Shown here piece after piece: positions 26,559 through 36,732 of a stretch of DNA of 64,000 bases. The translations under genes were made by a program, and so were the position numbers. How positions within the stretch are numbered: the first letter of the stretch is position 1; each line of letters opens with the position of its first letter. A model generated the notes under the pieces. The model ran no database searches, had not been told where the DNA came from, and saw nothing but the letters and a program-made list of their open reading frames with translations. This DNA comes from Alloascoidea hylecoeti (lineage: Eukaryota), in the NCBI GenBank assembly GCA_001600815.1, contig BCKZ01000015.1:558001-622000 (forward strand), written 5' to 3'.

Positions 26559-26660
26559 TTAAACAATAACACATGTCCATGGAATCATTCCACCCAAGTA
26601 ATTAACGGCAGCCTTATTGGTGGCGATAGATTTTGAAATTTGTTCTTGAGTATTAGGCAT
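26559..26660 (-). CDS. MFA1: a-factor-type farnesylated mating pheromone precursor, 33 aa: MPNTQEQISKSIATNKAAVNYLGGMIPWTCVIV
   Basis: Below the ORF-track cutoff. Ends in CAAX (CVIV-stop). A polar propeptide ends in Asn before Tyr, as in S. cerevisiae a-factor (DN/YIIKG). Predicted mature peptide YLGGMIPWTC. A at -3 and TATATAAG about 93 nt upstream; next to STE3. Confidence 0.85.
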   Translation of the reverse strand: MPNTQEQISKSIATNKAAVNYLGGMIPWTCVIV

Positions 26661-26752
26661 TGTTAAAGAGAAATTTATATTCTGAATATTGGTAGAGTAG
26701 CTGGAATAAGCTGATGATGAGTGAAATATAAATGAGAAGGAAAATCAGTGTT

Positions 26753-26844
26753 CTTATATAGTGATTTTTTATTTGTATTAGACTATATATTTTATATATG
26801 ATTCCTTTGGTTCCTTAATGTGGAACAGAATAGCTTACATGTAA
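26753..26844 (-). promoter_or_regulatory. Putative pheromone-gene promoter: TATA box, imperfect Mcm1-like site and a CATGTAA palindrome
   Basis: TATATAAG at 26753-26760 (- strand); GTTCCTTAATGTGGAAC at 26810-26826; TTACATGTAA at 26835-26844. Factor assignments are inference. Confidence 0.4.
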
Positions 26845-27150
26845 TAGCATGCAGATTGACTATTATAAACCCATATCTGAATAATTAGAGTTAAGATTTA
26901 AATATAGAACTTTATGGTCACTACATCTGTATATATATTTGTCTCAATATATATATTAACAAGACCTAAAAGTTATTTTGGTTGCAATCGATTTATTTTC
27001 TTAAGACAGCTGCTTTAGTTATATCCGTCGTGTGAAGTATAAGGTTTTTTCAAAATCCACCAATTTTCTACAGTACAGTACATACATACATGGTATAAGC
27101 TTATATATAGAATTTAAATGTACATTTAAAAAGATAACATTATACATAGT

Positions 27151-27321
27151 AGTGATCCAAATATCAAACCTTGGAGAAAAAAAATGTTAACTCTATAACG
27201 ACCAATGTTCCATTCCGTTTAAAACTAATGAAAAGTATACTGTGTATATTTTTATTTTGTTGTAAGATTAAAAAGTAAATAGTAGTAGACGAAGGCCTAT
27301 TCATGCTGACAGATTTTGAAA
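27151..27321 (-). pseudogene. Degenerate tandem duplicate of the pheromone gene (propeptide remnant plus 3' flank); mature peptide and CAAX deleted
   Basis: 27151-27285 aligns to 26394-26520. 27288-27321 (gacgaaggcctattcatgctgacagattttgaaa) aligns to 26604-26638 (aacggcagccttattggtggcgatagattttgaaa), which encodes SKSIATNKAAV. Confidence 0.7.
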
Positions 27322-27788
27322 AATATTAAAATTAAAATTAAAAATATATACCATATATAAAACTATATTCTTATTTACCACAGGGGTTGATTTTCCTGAT
27401 CATTTCACACTCTTTTGAAAGTACCAACAGCATTAAGTGACTTTTTGGTGACTACAGCAAATAGATATATGGGAAATAGAATTATTGTCGCTGTTATTGT
27501 AATTTTATTGAGAAATATTATATAGCCTATATTAATATTGAACTTGGAAAGAGAAGAACAATCATCTATAATTAATATCATGTTCATCTGTAGGACTCTA
27601 TACTACCTATGTAAGGTTATATACAGTTGATTATAGTAATAATAATGTTATTTGTTTTTATTTAATATTGTATATGTATATATATATATATATAGTACTA
27701 TGCGGATTATAATTGAAACCATCATAAGAATCATCAAATGTTAACTAAATTTAAAGAGGTATGCGAGGGTATGGGATTTGCGTATATA

Positions 27789-29261
27789 TTAGTTGGATAA
27801 AGGTTTATTAGCACTCTCGTTGATATCAACAGTACTATTTAATCTCACCTCATATGAGAACTCATATAATCCACTGTTTTCTCTTGTTGTGTCCTCATTC
27901 TCATATTTTGGCAAAACGTGGCTTAACGATTTTGACCTTCGCTTTGGATTTGCAACTGTTCCAATAATATTTGAATATCTTGGTTGAGTGTCTAAGGAAC
28001 GTCGAACAATAATCTGACCTTCATCTTTATAATTATTGCCGTCGCTAATTGGTTCGGCCCAAAACTTGGATATCGTTGAAGTTGTTAAATTAGAGTTGGC
28101 GGATTGAACTTTGACTTCTATCTCACTCTTTTTAGAATCTGATTCAATTTCTATTTCAAAATTGCTTTCTTGAGCTCCAAAAATATCGTCATCATCATGC
28201 GCCAGAATGGCCAAGTCACCTGCCATTTTCATGTATGCTTCAATATCCTGATATTCATGTGTATTATGTTTTATATCTTGCTCTTTGTTTCGTTTTTCGT
28301 CTCGTTTCTGGTCAAAATGCTGTATTATAGATCCAAACCCAATATAACAAAGACCATTCTTATACATTTTCACAGCATCAGATCCAAGACCAAAAAGAGA
28401 GAATGAAATGACAGCTATGACAAAGTAAATCCATCTATCAACCTGTGGGCGATCTGTGTCAATAAACAATATGTACTTCCAGAATAAATTGGAAAGGAAT
28501 TTATTATCATCTAACACTGACCTGCCCGAGTGAAGCTGAATATAATCAGCAGTTTCTTTGGCTTGTGATATAAAATTATATAGAGAGAGAGGCAAAGTCA
28601 CAGCAATGATGACGAAACAGAATATCAAAAGCCTTATAAACTGTACTGTACTTAAACTTGAGTATGTACAATGAAGAATGTCCTTGAAGTCTTTTCGTTT
28701 TTTGAAGTATAGTACTAGAGTCAAACATGAATAAACAACACTAACAAGGGAAACTACTACTTGCCAAACTGCATAGAGTAGTAATGATTTTAAATTTATA
28801 AAATATGTGAATTGGCATCCGCTATATCTTAGAATCAAGTAACGTGATTTCTCAACCCAGTAGACAACGATAATTGTGTAGACAGGAAATAGAAAACAAA
28901 TAATTAAATCAATTAGGTTCTTTTTCCATTTTACCATGGCCAGTCCAGTTGTAGATACTGAAGTAATGAGATATAACTGTCGGCAAATTGCGAGGACAGC
29001 GGATATCACACCTACTTGAAAAGCAGCCTGTAATCTTATCATTATATCACAATAGATATTTCCATTAAATGAGTTTGAGAAAGTCTCTAAATTTCCCCAT
29101 ATCATATCGTCAATAAAAGTTTTCAAGCACATAATCATGATCCAAGCGATCAAGCAGATAGCTGGAATATTTTTATTGTTTAAATGCCAAACTAATGGTG
29201 GTATGCATATAAGAACGCCGAGTAAAGAAAGAAACCCCAATAAAATTTGAAAATTGATCAT
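27789..29261 (-). CDS. STE3: a-factor pheromone receptor (class D GPCR)
   Basis: Intact 7-TM ORF with Ste3 hallmarks PPLVWHLNNKNIPAICLIAWI, YCDI, SRYLILRYSGC, RKDFKDILHCTYSSLSTVQFIRL and FGLGSDA. Confidence 0.96.
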   Translation of the reverse strand: MINFQILLGFLSLLGVLICIPPLVWHLNNKNIPAICLIAWIMIMCLKTFIDDMIWGNLETFSNSFNGNIYCDIMIRLQAAFQVGVISAVLAICRQLYLITSVSTTGLAMVKWKKNLIDLIICFLFPVYTIIVVYWVEKSRYLILRYSGCQFTYFINLKSLLLYAVWQVVVSLVSVVYSCLTLVLYFKKRKDFKDILHCTYSSLSTVQFIRLLIFCFVIIAVTLPLSLYNFISQAKETADYIQLHSGRSVLDDNKFLSNLFWKYILFIDTDRPQVDRWIYFVIAVISFSLFGLGSDAVKMYKNGLCYIGFGSIIQHFDQKRDEKRNKEQDIKHNTHEYQDIEAYMKMAGDLAILAHDDDDIFGAQESNFEIEIESDSKKSEIEVKVQSANSNLTTSTISKFWAEPISDGNNYKDEGQIIVRRSLDTQPRYSNIIGTVANPKRRSKSLSHVLPKYENEDTTRENSGLYEFSYEVRLNSTVDINESANKPLSN

Positions 29262-30969
29262 AGTTGATAGTGAAATCTATCTATAAAATATTTTTCAAAA
29301 GAGAATAGAAGATAATAAATTAGCAGTTCTTTGTATTTTATGACATTTTGGATCGACCTATACTGCTCCTAATCCAGCTTTGAACAAGATCGGAGTTAGT
29401 ATTTGAAACCGTTTAACCTTAATACTTTAACTTTGTAACTAAAATTTAGATAGGGCTTCTTCTCTCTCTGGACACTTATAAGTTACTATAACGGTGTCTA
29501 ATTGTAATTAGAGTTGCATGCATATTCAGTGCCAACTTTAGATCTAATTGAGTCTTATGGATATGGATAGTCAATTGTCAGTTGTAACTGTTCGTAAGTT
29601 TAGAATTATCTAGAACGAGGTTAAATGAAAAGAAATAGATCCTAAAACTAAAGGTAGAACCCGGATGAATAGTTTTCTTCATTACTCCACAACCACACAA
29701 TGGCAAAAGGAACCTCAGAGCTCTTGAATCAAGAGATAAGGGGGTTAAGATACTAAAAGCCATGACAAGAAGTTTATGGCATTAAGGGTGTCTAAAAAAC
29801 GTACGCTACCAGATTTTCACCACAGGTGAGGGAAAATCAAAAATCAAAAATTAAGACATTCGTACTTTTCAAAACTTTTCTAAAAATGTAAAACCCTTAA
29901 ACCTATGTATTTTCACATATTGTCAAATGGCAACTAGGTAATGCCATCTTCAGGTGCTCTATGTATAGCAGTATGATCAACTCCTTCTTTCCATGTTAAG
30001 TTGGGTCTTAGTGGCCTCATCTTCTTCCGCTGACATCACAGTGATCAACCGCACGGTTTCTTCATGGGTGGTTTATCAATTGGTAATTATTAAAACTGCC
30101 TTCCTCCAACACATACTTAATTACAAGAACGTTCACTATTAAATAATCTCTACACACACATTTATAATATACTGTAGACGGCATATGGTACTTGTATATA
30201 TGAGTTAGGATATAAGCTTGTAGATATGTGCTTGGATACCACACAGACTAAAAAACACAACATATATACAATTATAAATACTATCACCAAAATCTATTTA
30301 ATCTTATATAATCCCTAAAAATATTTGATGGGGGGTTGGAACAACCGGAATCCATCTATTTAATACCCAGGTGTTTTTATCAAAATTCTGAGATGCTTGA
30401 GTAGGCGAAAAAGAGGTAGAATTAACTTTTATATAAGGATAACCTGAGTGATCGAAGATCCCCTAAAAACTATTCGAAGTGGCATCAGACTTCTAAGAGG
30501 GGAACTGAACTAATTAAACACAATTCTCCGGAGATAAAAAAGAAACCTGTATGTCGGAAGGTTGAAGCTAGTGAGCTCAATACGTTAAGTCGTAAAAGAA
30601 CGTTCACACCCCAACGTTTAATAATATATATATATATATATATATATTATCAGGATTATTAGATCAATTAGATTTCAGTAATACTATTTTCGGTAATTGA
30701 CATTTGCTGCTAATTTTGCAATTCGTGGTTGAAATGTAACAGTTTTGGGCTACTAGATAAATTAATCCTCCTCCGTACCTTAGTCTGACGCTATTAGAGT
30801 GGTTGAGTCTTATTAAGCATAACATTAGCAGTAAAACAAGAGCCGCCGTACGTTCCTACATATAACTTTTGTAAGAGACCTGATATTAGATTGATGAGGG
30901 TGTCATCTCAAAGCTGAATAACGAAATTATCCGCTAGAATCAAGACGAATTAGTTTTGTGAAAAGAAGG

Positions 30970-31182
30970 AGGCCATGTTTTTCACCTGAACTAAATCCAA
31001 TTGAGCGTATTTGAAATCTCCTCATGAAGGTCCATCGCAAGGCCGAAATTGCGAGTATTCATTTCTACACGTTAATAATCTGATTGAGTGCTCCATATTA
31101 AAATTGGTCGAGGATCCAGAGTTGCATGCCTCGTAGGGTGTCAGCCGTCTATGGCGTTAAGGGGCCAACGACTAAATACTAG
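30970..31182 (+). mobile_element. Tc1/mariner (DDE_3) transposase C-terminal relic
   Basis: RPCFSPELNPIERI*NLL (compare WPxxSPDLNPIExxW) and MPRRVSAVYGVKGPTTKY* (compare MPRRxxAVIxAKGGxTKY). Confidence 0.85.
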
Positions 31183-32139
31183 ATTTAAATTTTCATTTAC
31201 TTAGTATCTACGAAACGTTATTTAAAGGTAGTTTAAGTTAAAGCCTTGTGGAGTGTTTAGCGGCTCGCATATTGTGATTGTTTTTTGGAGATGTCTGAAA
31301 AAAGATGCAAGTTGCTCCTTTATTCAGGTTTATAAAACAATGCGATAATATGTCTGAGAGCATTGCAATATATAATACAACATTAGTATCACTAGTGCTA
31401 TACCTAAGAGTCCTTTCAAAAGTATACCAATTTCTTGTAATAAGTTCCCAGCTGGATCCGTTAATATTGATACCATAGTCTAAGTATAAAGAAGCGTAAC
31501 TTTAGACTTGACGTAAAGTTGAGAGTTTTCAATTTCAATTATGAAATAGAAACTGTAATTGTTTTAAAAAAACGAACTTAAGAAATTTATATTAAAAAAA
31601 TTAATAAAAAAGAAAATATTCCCTTGCTTCTTCTTTAAACTAATTTCCTTTTCTGAACAATCATAACAGAAAATAATGTAAAACACTGAACAAAGGTCCC
31701 AACCAAAAAGGTATTTTAAATGAAATATGCCATAAAAGTATCTATTCCTGTATTTTAAAGGACTTACGCTTAACATACATTTTAATAATTCACACCCAAT
31801 TTGGTTCTAAATTGAAACTTTCACTCTAACTTCGAATGCGACTTATAATTCAGAAAAGTATTTATATTCCTTATCTATTTTCTTTTGGCTCAATCTCTAA
31901 AATAGTTCTTCTATAACTTTCCAATAACTCTCAATATCAATCTCATTATTATAGTATTGCAAGCATTCAATTCACTTCTAAATTATGAACAAACATCAGA
32001 ATTGACTGTGTCTCGGGATGAAGGTGCAGGAAGTGAGGAGTCGACGTTAATATTAATGATATCGGTGAACTTGATGCTAAAATACAGACTATTCGCTTAT
32101 ATTTTTATTTCCTTATAAACTTAGCTGGTTACTTTTTTG

Positions 32140-32905
32140 ATGTTTACGTACATATATATGCTTAGATACTTAATATAGATCGTACAAATGAAGTAAATAT
32201 TGGGAACTTTTCAAGATTACACTCTAGATATCGATATATGCAAATCTATATCTGCAGTATTTTCATAAAATCCCATATTTGACAAGTTGTGAATATAATT
32301 GGAGGAATAACATTTATTTTTAGGGTTGATTTTAGTATAGTCTCTATAACGCGCCTAAATTCTTCAGAGTTGTGGTTTGGGGGACAATTCTTTAGCATAT
32401 ATTGCTTAAGTTTGAATATTAGGAATCCTTGAAACTTTGAATTGCAATTGTGAGTCTCGACAAATTGGATATCAGCACTTAGAAGTTCAAGAACCCCATA
32501 ACAAATAATTTCTATAGCACAAGAAATCTCCCGCATTTTCTTTCTTAAGAGATTCTGAATTATATTGTCAATTACATTTATAATATGAATGATATCTAAA
32601 CATTTTCTGAAAATATTTTCCGATTGTAATTTCAAAGGATGTTTTATAAGTATATTATCAGAAGCAAGCTTAAATTTGTACCCAGACTTTAAGAACTTTT
32701 CATAAAAGTATTGTATTAACTGTTGTGTTCCAAGTTTTGGGGAACTGGATTTTAGAAGCTCGCACATTGCTTGAACTATTTCTTGCTGCTGCATATCCAA
32801 GTTACCTTTTATTAATACTTGGAATGATGTGTAGTCATCGAGAAGAACCTCCTTCAATTCATGGTGCGAAAATCTTATTTTGCAATTGATATCAATATGA
32901 TTCAT
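32140..32905 (-). mobile_element. Probable hAT-superfamily transposase relic
   Basis: A 219-aa ORF containing PLKLQSEN..IIHII, followed after frameshifts by YLECNLEKFPIFTSFVRSILSI*A, which resembles the hAT C-terminal dimerisation motif (FPxLxxxARxxLxIPA). Confidence 0.5.
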
Positions 32906-33442
32906 AATAATTATAAAGAATAAAAAATTGTTGTGAACCGCTGAAATGTGTAGAATATAATAGCTATAGAATCCTATATCCTTTTATATATAAACAAAGT
33001 GTGTCATCATAGTTAGAGCTTAAGGATTGTAGCCGCGTATATACCTTTCCATATCCATTTATCACTTTAATTAAATGGGTTATCAATAGCTAGAGTTTCT
33101 GGTATTTGTTTCATATTTGGCTACCTTTTCAATTTACGATGGCTTTATAATTCCATGCATTTGTCAATTTTGTCTGATTTCGATCTGAAACAGAGATACG
33201 CAAAAAACAATTTATAGTTTATAATTAAAACGTCGGTCACACGACGGTTATAATTACCTACCGGTATAAGTTAAAACAATAATATAAATTTACTGTAATA
33301 TTAATCGCTGACGAGAAATACATAACATTAGAGAGGTCAATATGTCAAAAAAAATTATTAATATTAGTAATATGCCTAGTAATATTTAGTATCTTGGAAG
33401 TCATAGGACACTAAAAGCACAATCTAATTTAATTATTTCGTC

Positions 33443-33550
33443 TTTTTTTTTAAAAAAAAACAGCGGTTGAATGATCAAAGTCTTTTAAATATGATTATTC
33501 TATTAAATTCTGGGAAATGAAATTCGCTTTTAGGGGGGGGGGGGGGGGGG
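33443..33550. repeat. T9A9 palindrome (33443-33460) and G18 homopolymer (33533-33550)
   Basis: Direct read. Confidence 0.9.
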
Positions 33551-34251
33551 CATCCAGGGAGGACAAAGGGGCCTGAAAGAAGCGGAATAAGTGTTTAATG
33601 ATGGCCGCGAAGATAACATTTTCCACGAATTTTGTTAGGCTTTGGAGTAGCAAGAAGGACGGTATTTTCAATAGCTTGCGTTGGTCTTCAAACGGGACAT
33701 AGTCGTCAAATTGACATTCAATATGTTTCTTTAGAGGGTCACAAGAGCAGTTTCTCGGGTTCTTGTCAGACTTTTTACTATTTGGATCATAATATTGAAG
33801 ATGACCACCAGTCCCCAACTGTACCAGCATATTGATTGTCTTTCATTTCTCTGCTTTTAATGGTGTACAATTTACCAGTTACGTCCTTGTCAAACTTGCC
33901 ATTTCAATTTTGTCATAATCTTATCTGATATTAATTTCAAATCTTGGATTTTGAGTTCAGTAGAGTTTAGTCTCCCGTTTTAATCCATCGTGAGAAGTTG
34001 ATAATGAGATATAATATTTTGAATGGACTAATAGGATTATTTCCCTCGATGCTCGTGTATTACCGCAAGAATCTAATGAGAATTGTGTTCAATCGTAGAT
34101 CCATTGCTATTTTAGGCTGGAACTTTCATTGACTTGAAATAATGGCACCTAAAATAACCTTATATACAAAATACATATTACAGAAGTATCTATTAAGATT
34201 GGTGTCCGCGCCTATCTTTCTTTCTTCAAATTCCACTCACAAATATTTATA

Positions 34252-35296
34252 ATGGAACGATATTTGGAATCATTGGAGAATTTTATCGGTGCTGTCTGGG
34301 ATCATTGTGAACCAGAACATGGTCAGAACAGTGCTTATCCTATTTCAATAAGAGATATGAACAAACAGTTTCACAAAACTTTGAAAGTTCTTTCGGACAA
34401 ATGAATTAAACGTAATAAATGGTACTCCGGTTGATAAAAGACATTTAAGATCTAAAAGTGCAATATTTAAATTCCAATTTAAAGACTTCTCAATTGGTAC
34501 TCTAAGAAAAATTAAGAAAAAGGATAAATCTAGGTTTTACAAATATACTTCTCGTCCTTATGTTCCTGAAAAAACAACAAGTCCCATATATTTAAGTGAA
34601 ATTGCACGGTCAAATCCAAATTATTTGTCTTTCCCTCCACAAAAATCTTTATCCACGTCTGATCTTTACTCAATTAGTACTAAGGCTCTGTCAAGATAAA
34701 ACGATTTTCGACAGATATGCTTTCTTTAAACTCAAAGACGTATTCAAACGATTTTAAAAGCCTTTTTAAAAGATTATCACGTTCTCGGTCATTGAATTCT
34801 TCCAATTATCCCAAATTGCGTAAGGTGGTGTCAGATGAGGGAAAAGCAATAGTTCAAAGATGTACAGGTTCTAATAATCATAAATTTAACTTGGAGAATA
34901 TAGAATTTGAGGAATTACAAGGTTTTAAAGGTTTATCGATAGCAAGAAATGGATCTATTTTTCCTTCTTTTTCTTCACTTTTATTCTCATCATCATCAGT
35001 GACAGAAATTGATTCTTCTTTACCGTCAGTACGAGGTAATAATTGTGATTTCACCAATATTGATCGAGACGGTCAAACAAGAATTATATGAATCACGACA
35101 TGCAATAACTCCAGAACATGAAAATGAAATATCATCATTAAAAAGTAGTCCAAATAATCATACTTCACCTCTGATAATTTCTTTAATTGGTTATGAACCA
35201 CAGGTTCGGGATAACATTGAATCTTCTTATAATATGATTCAATCAAATCTTTGCCCTATTAGTTTAGATAATTTTCTTTCGGCGGAAGTTCCTTAA
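34252..35296 (+). pseudogene. Decayed about 1-kb ORF of unknown family
   Basis: ATG at 34252 (MERYLESLENFIGAVWDHCEP..), then successive long open stretches in shifted frames (ELNVINGTPVDKRH..; track ORFs 34717..35091 and 35009..35296). Confidence 0.45.
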
Positions 35297-35349
35297 CTAC
35301 CCAAGGCACCACAATAATGTCAGGATTGAAACCTTTAGTTGATTATAGT

Positions 35350-35544
35350 GAAAATGTTGAAAATGTTGAAAATGTTGAAAATGTTGATTTTGATTTTGTC
35401 GATTCTGTCGATTCTGTTGATTCTTTTTATTCTTTTTATTCTTTTTATTCTTTTTATTCTTTTTATTCTTTTTATTCTTTTTATTCTTTTTATTCTTTTT
35501 ATTCTTTTTATTCTTTTTATTCTTTTTATTCTTTTTATTCTTTT
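35350..35544. repeat. Compound 9-bp minisatellite: (GAAAATGTT)4, GATTCTGTY units, (TATTCTTTT)13
   Basis: Direct read; accounts for three spurious overlapping ORFs. Confidence 0.95.
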
Positions 35545-35789
35545 AATTATGTGCATGGAATTGCGTTGATTTTCTTGGTTGTCTTGATTATGGTGATCAA
35601 AAAAGTCAGGATAATTGTTATGAACTTATGATAATTTAGAGTACGCAAGTGATATCTTTTTTTTCAAATGAATAATAATTGCTAGGTACAGATGCTGTTA
35701 GTTGTATGGGTAAGTTATACATTAAAATAACCACCAAGATTATCAAAAATAAACAATGAGTTCACTACATATTTTGTTCTTATCCTAAT

Positions 35790-36732
35790 ACTTTCTGATA
35801 ATATATTTTTAGTCGTTCTTTTGTTTTCAGTTCAAAGTTGGAGGGCTTCTTCTTCGTTTTTACCCCATTTTTGATCGTATTTATCTAGAATGCAATAAGT
35901 TTTCCTCTTTGCCATGTCATCACCGATTGCTGAAATCTCATTGTTCATCTTTGATTTTCCTCACCTGCTACTACTCTTAATTGTTTCATTTCGCTTTCCA
36001 AGAATTCGTGTTTAAGGGTTTGTTGATCGCTCGTGAACTTTAAATCCGGAATGGGTCTCCGCATATTGTGAGTTTTTAGCCATTCTGTTCGCCCAAAGAT
36101 TTAGTTTTCGATAAAATTCCTTTCAAATTCTTCATCGAGCTTAAGCAAATGATCTTTTTGTTGAACATGTGGGATGATATCTTCAACCTAATTAAGGACG
36201 GCTTTGCTGTAGGCAATTCCATCTATCTACTGTCCCACGTGTAACCAACTGAAATCACGATTTATCACATTCGAAGTAATGAATTCCGGCTGATGATGAT
36301 TTTCGGCCACTAAGATTACCATCTCTCGAGGTCGTCTTTGTTAGAGGTGAGGAACGATATCGATACTTATGAATTTTGATAGTGATCCCTGGATTCCGCT
36401 TCAGAAAGTCAATCTATCAATTAGCGCTCAGATAATGGCCGGTAGGGTCGTTCTTGGTTGGTTTTTTGATAAGCCATCATCCTCCAGATCTTCTGGTCCA
36501 CCAACTAACCGACTAAACAATAAAACATTTTTCAGTTGGTCGCTAGCTCCATTTTTGTATAATAAAGTACCAAGTTCGGAGATTCTCTTCGGCATTAGTC
36601 AAATTTGGAGCGCTTCTTTAGCTGCTTATCTGGATTCTCTATCGTTGAATTAGAGTTTAACAGGTTAAACCCGACATCCCTAAAAACCTGGCTGAGTAAT
36701 GAGTTCGACTGAAAACGACTTCTTGCTATCAT
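35790..36732 (-). pseudogene. Decayed ORF with weak RNase III/dsRBD-like similarity
   Basis: One frame reads ..LPAII*ALIDRLTF*SGIQGSLSKFISIDIVPHL*QRRPREMVILVAENHHQPEF..LHVGQ*IDGIAYSKA.. over about 230 codons with scattered stops. The family call is weak. Confidence 0.35.

Noticed and set aside
32246..32905. 219-aa ORF as a MAT gene (alpha1, a2 or homeodomain)
   Set aside because: No alpha-box, HMG or WFxNxR motif; it fits a transposase fragment better.
35317..35631. ORFs with SFY, IKR or ILF repeats
   Set aside because: Translations of the 9-bp minisatellite. Not a CRISPR array: there are no spacers and the genome is eukaryotic.
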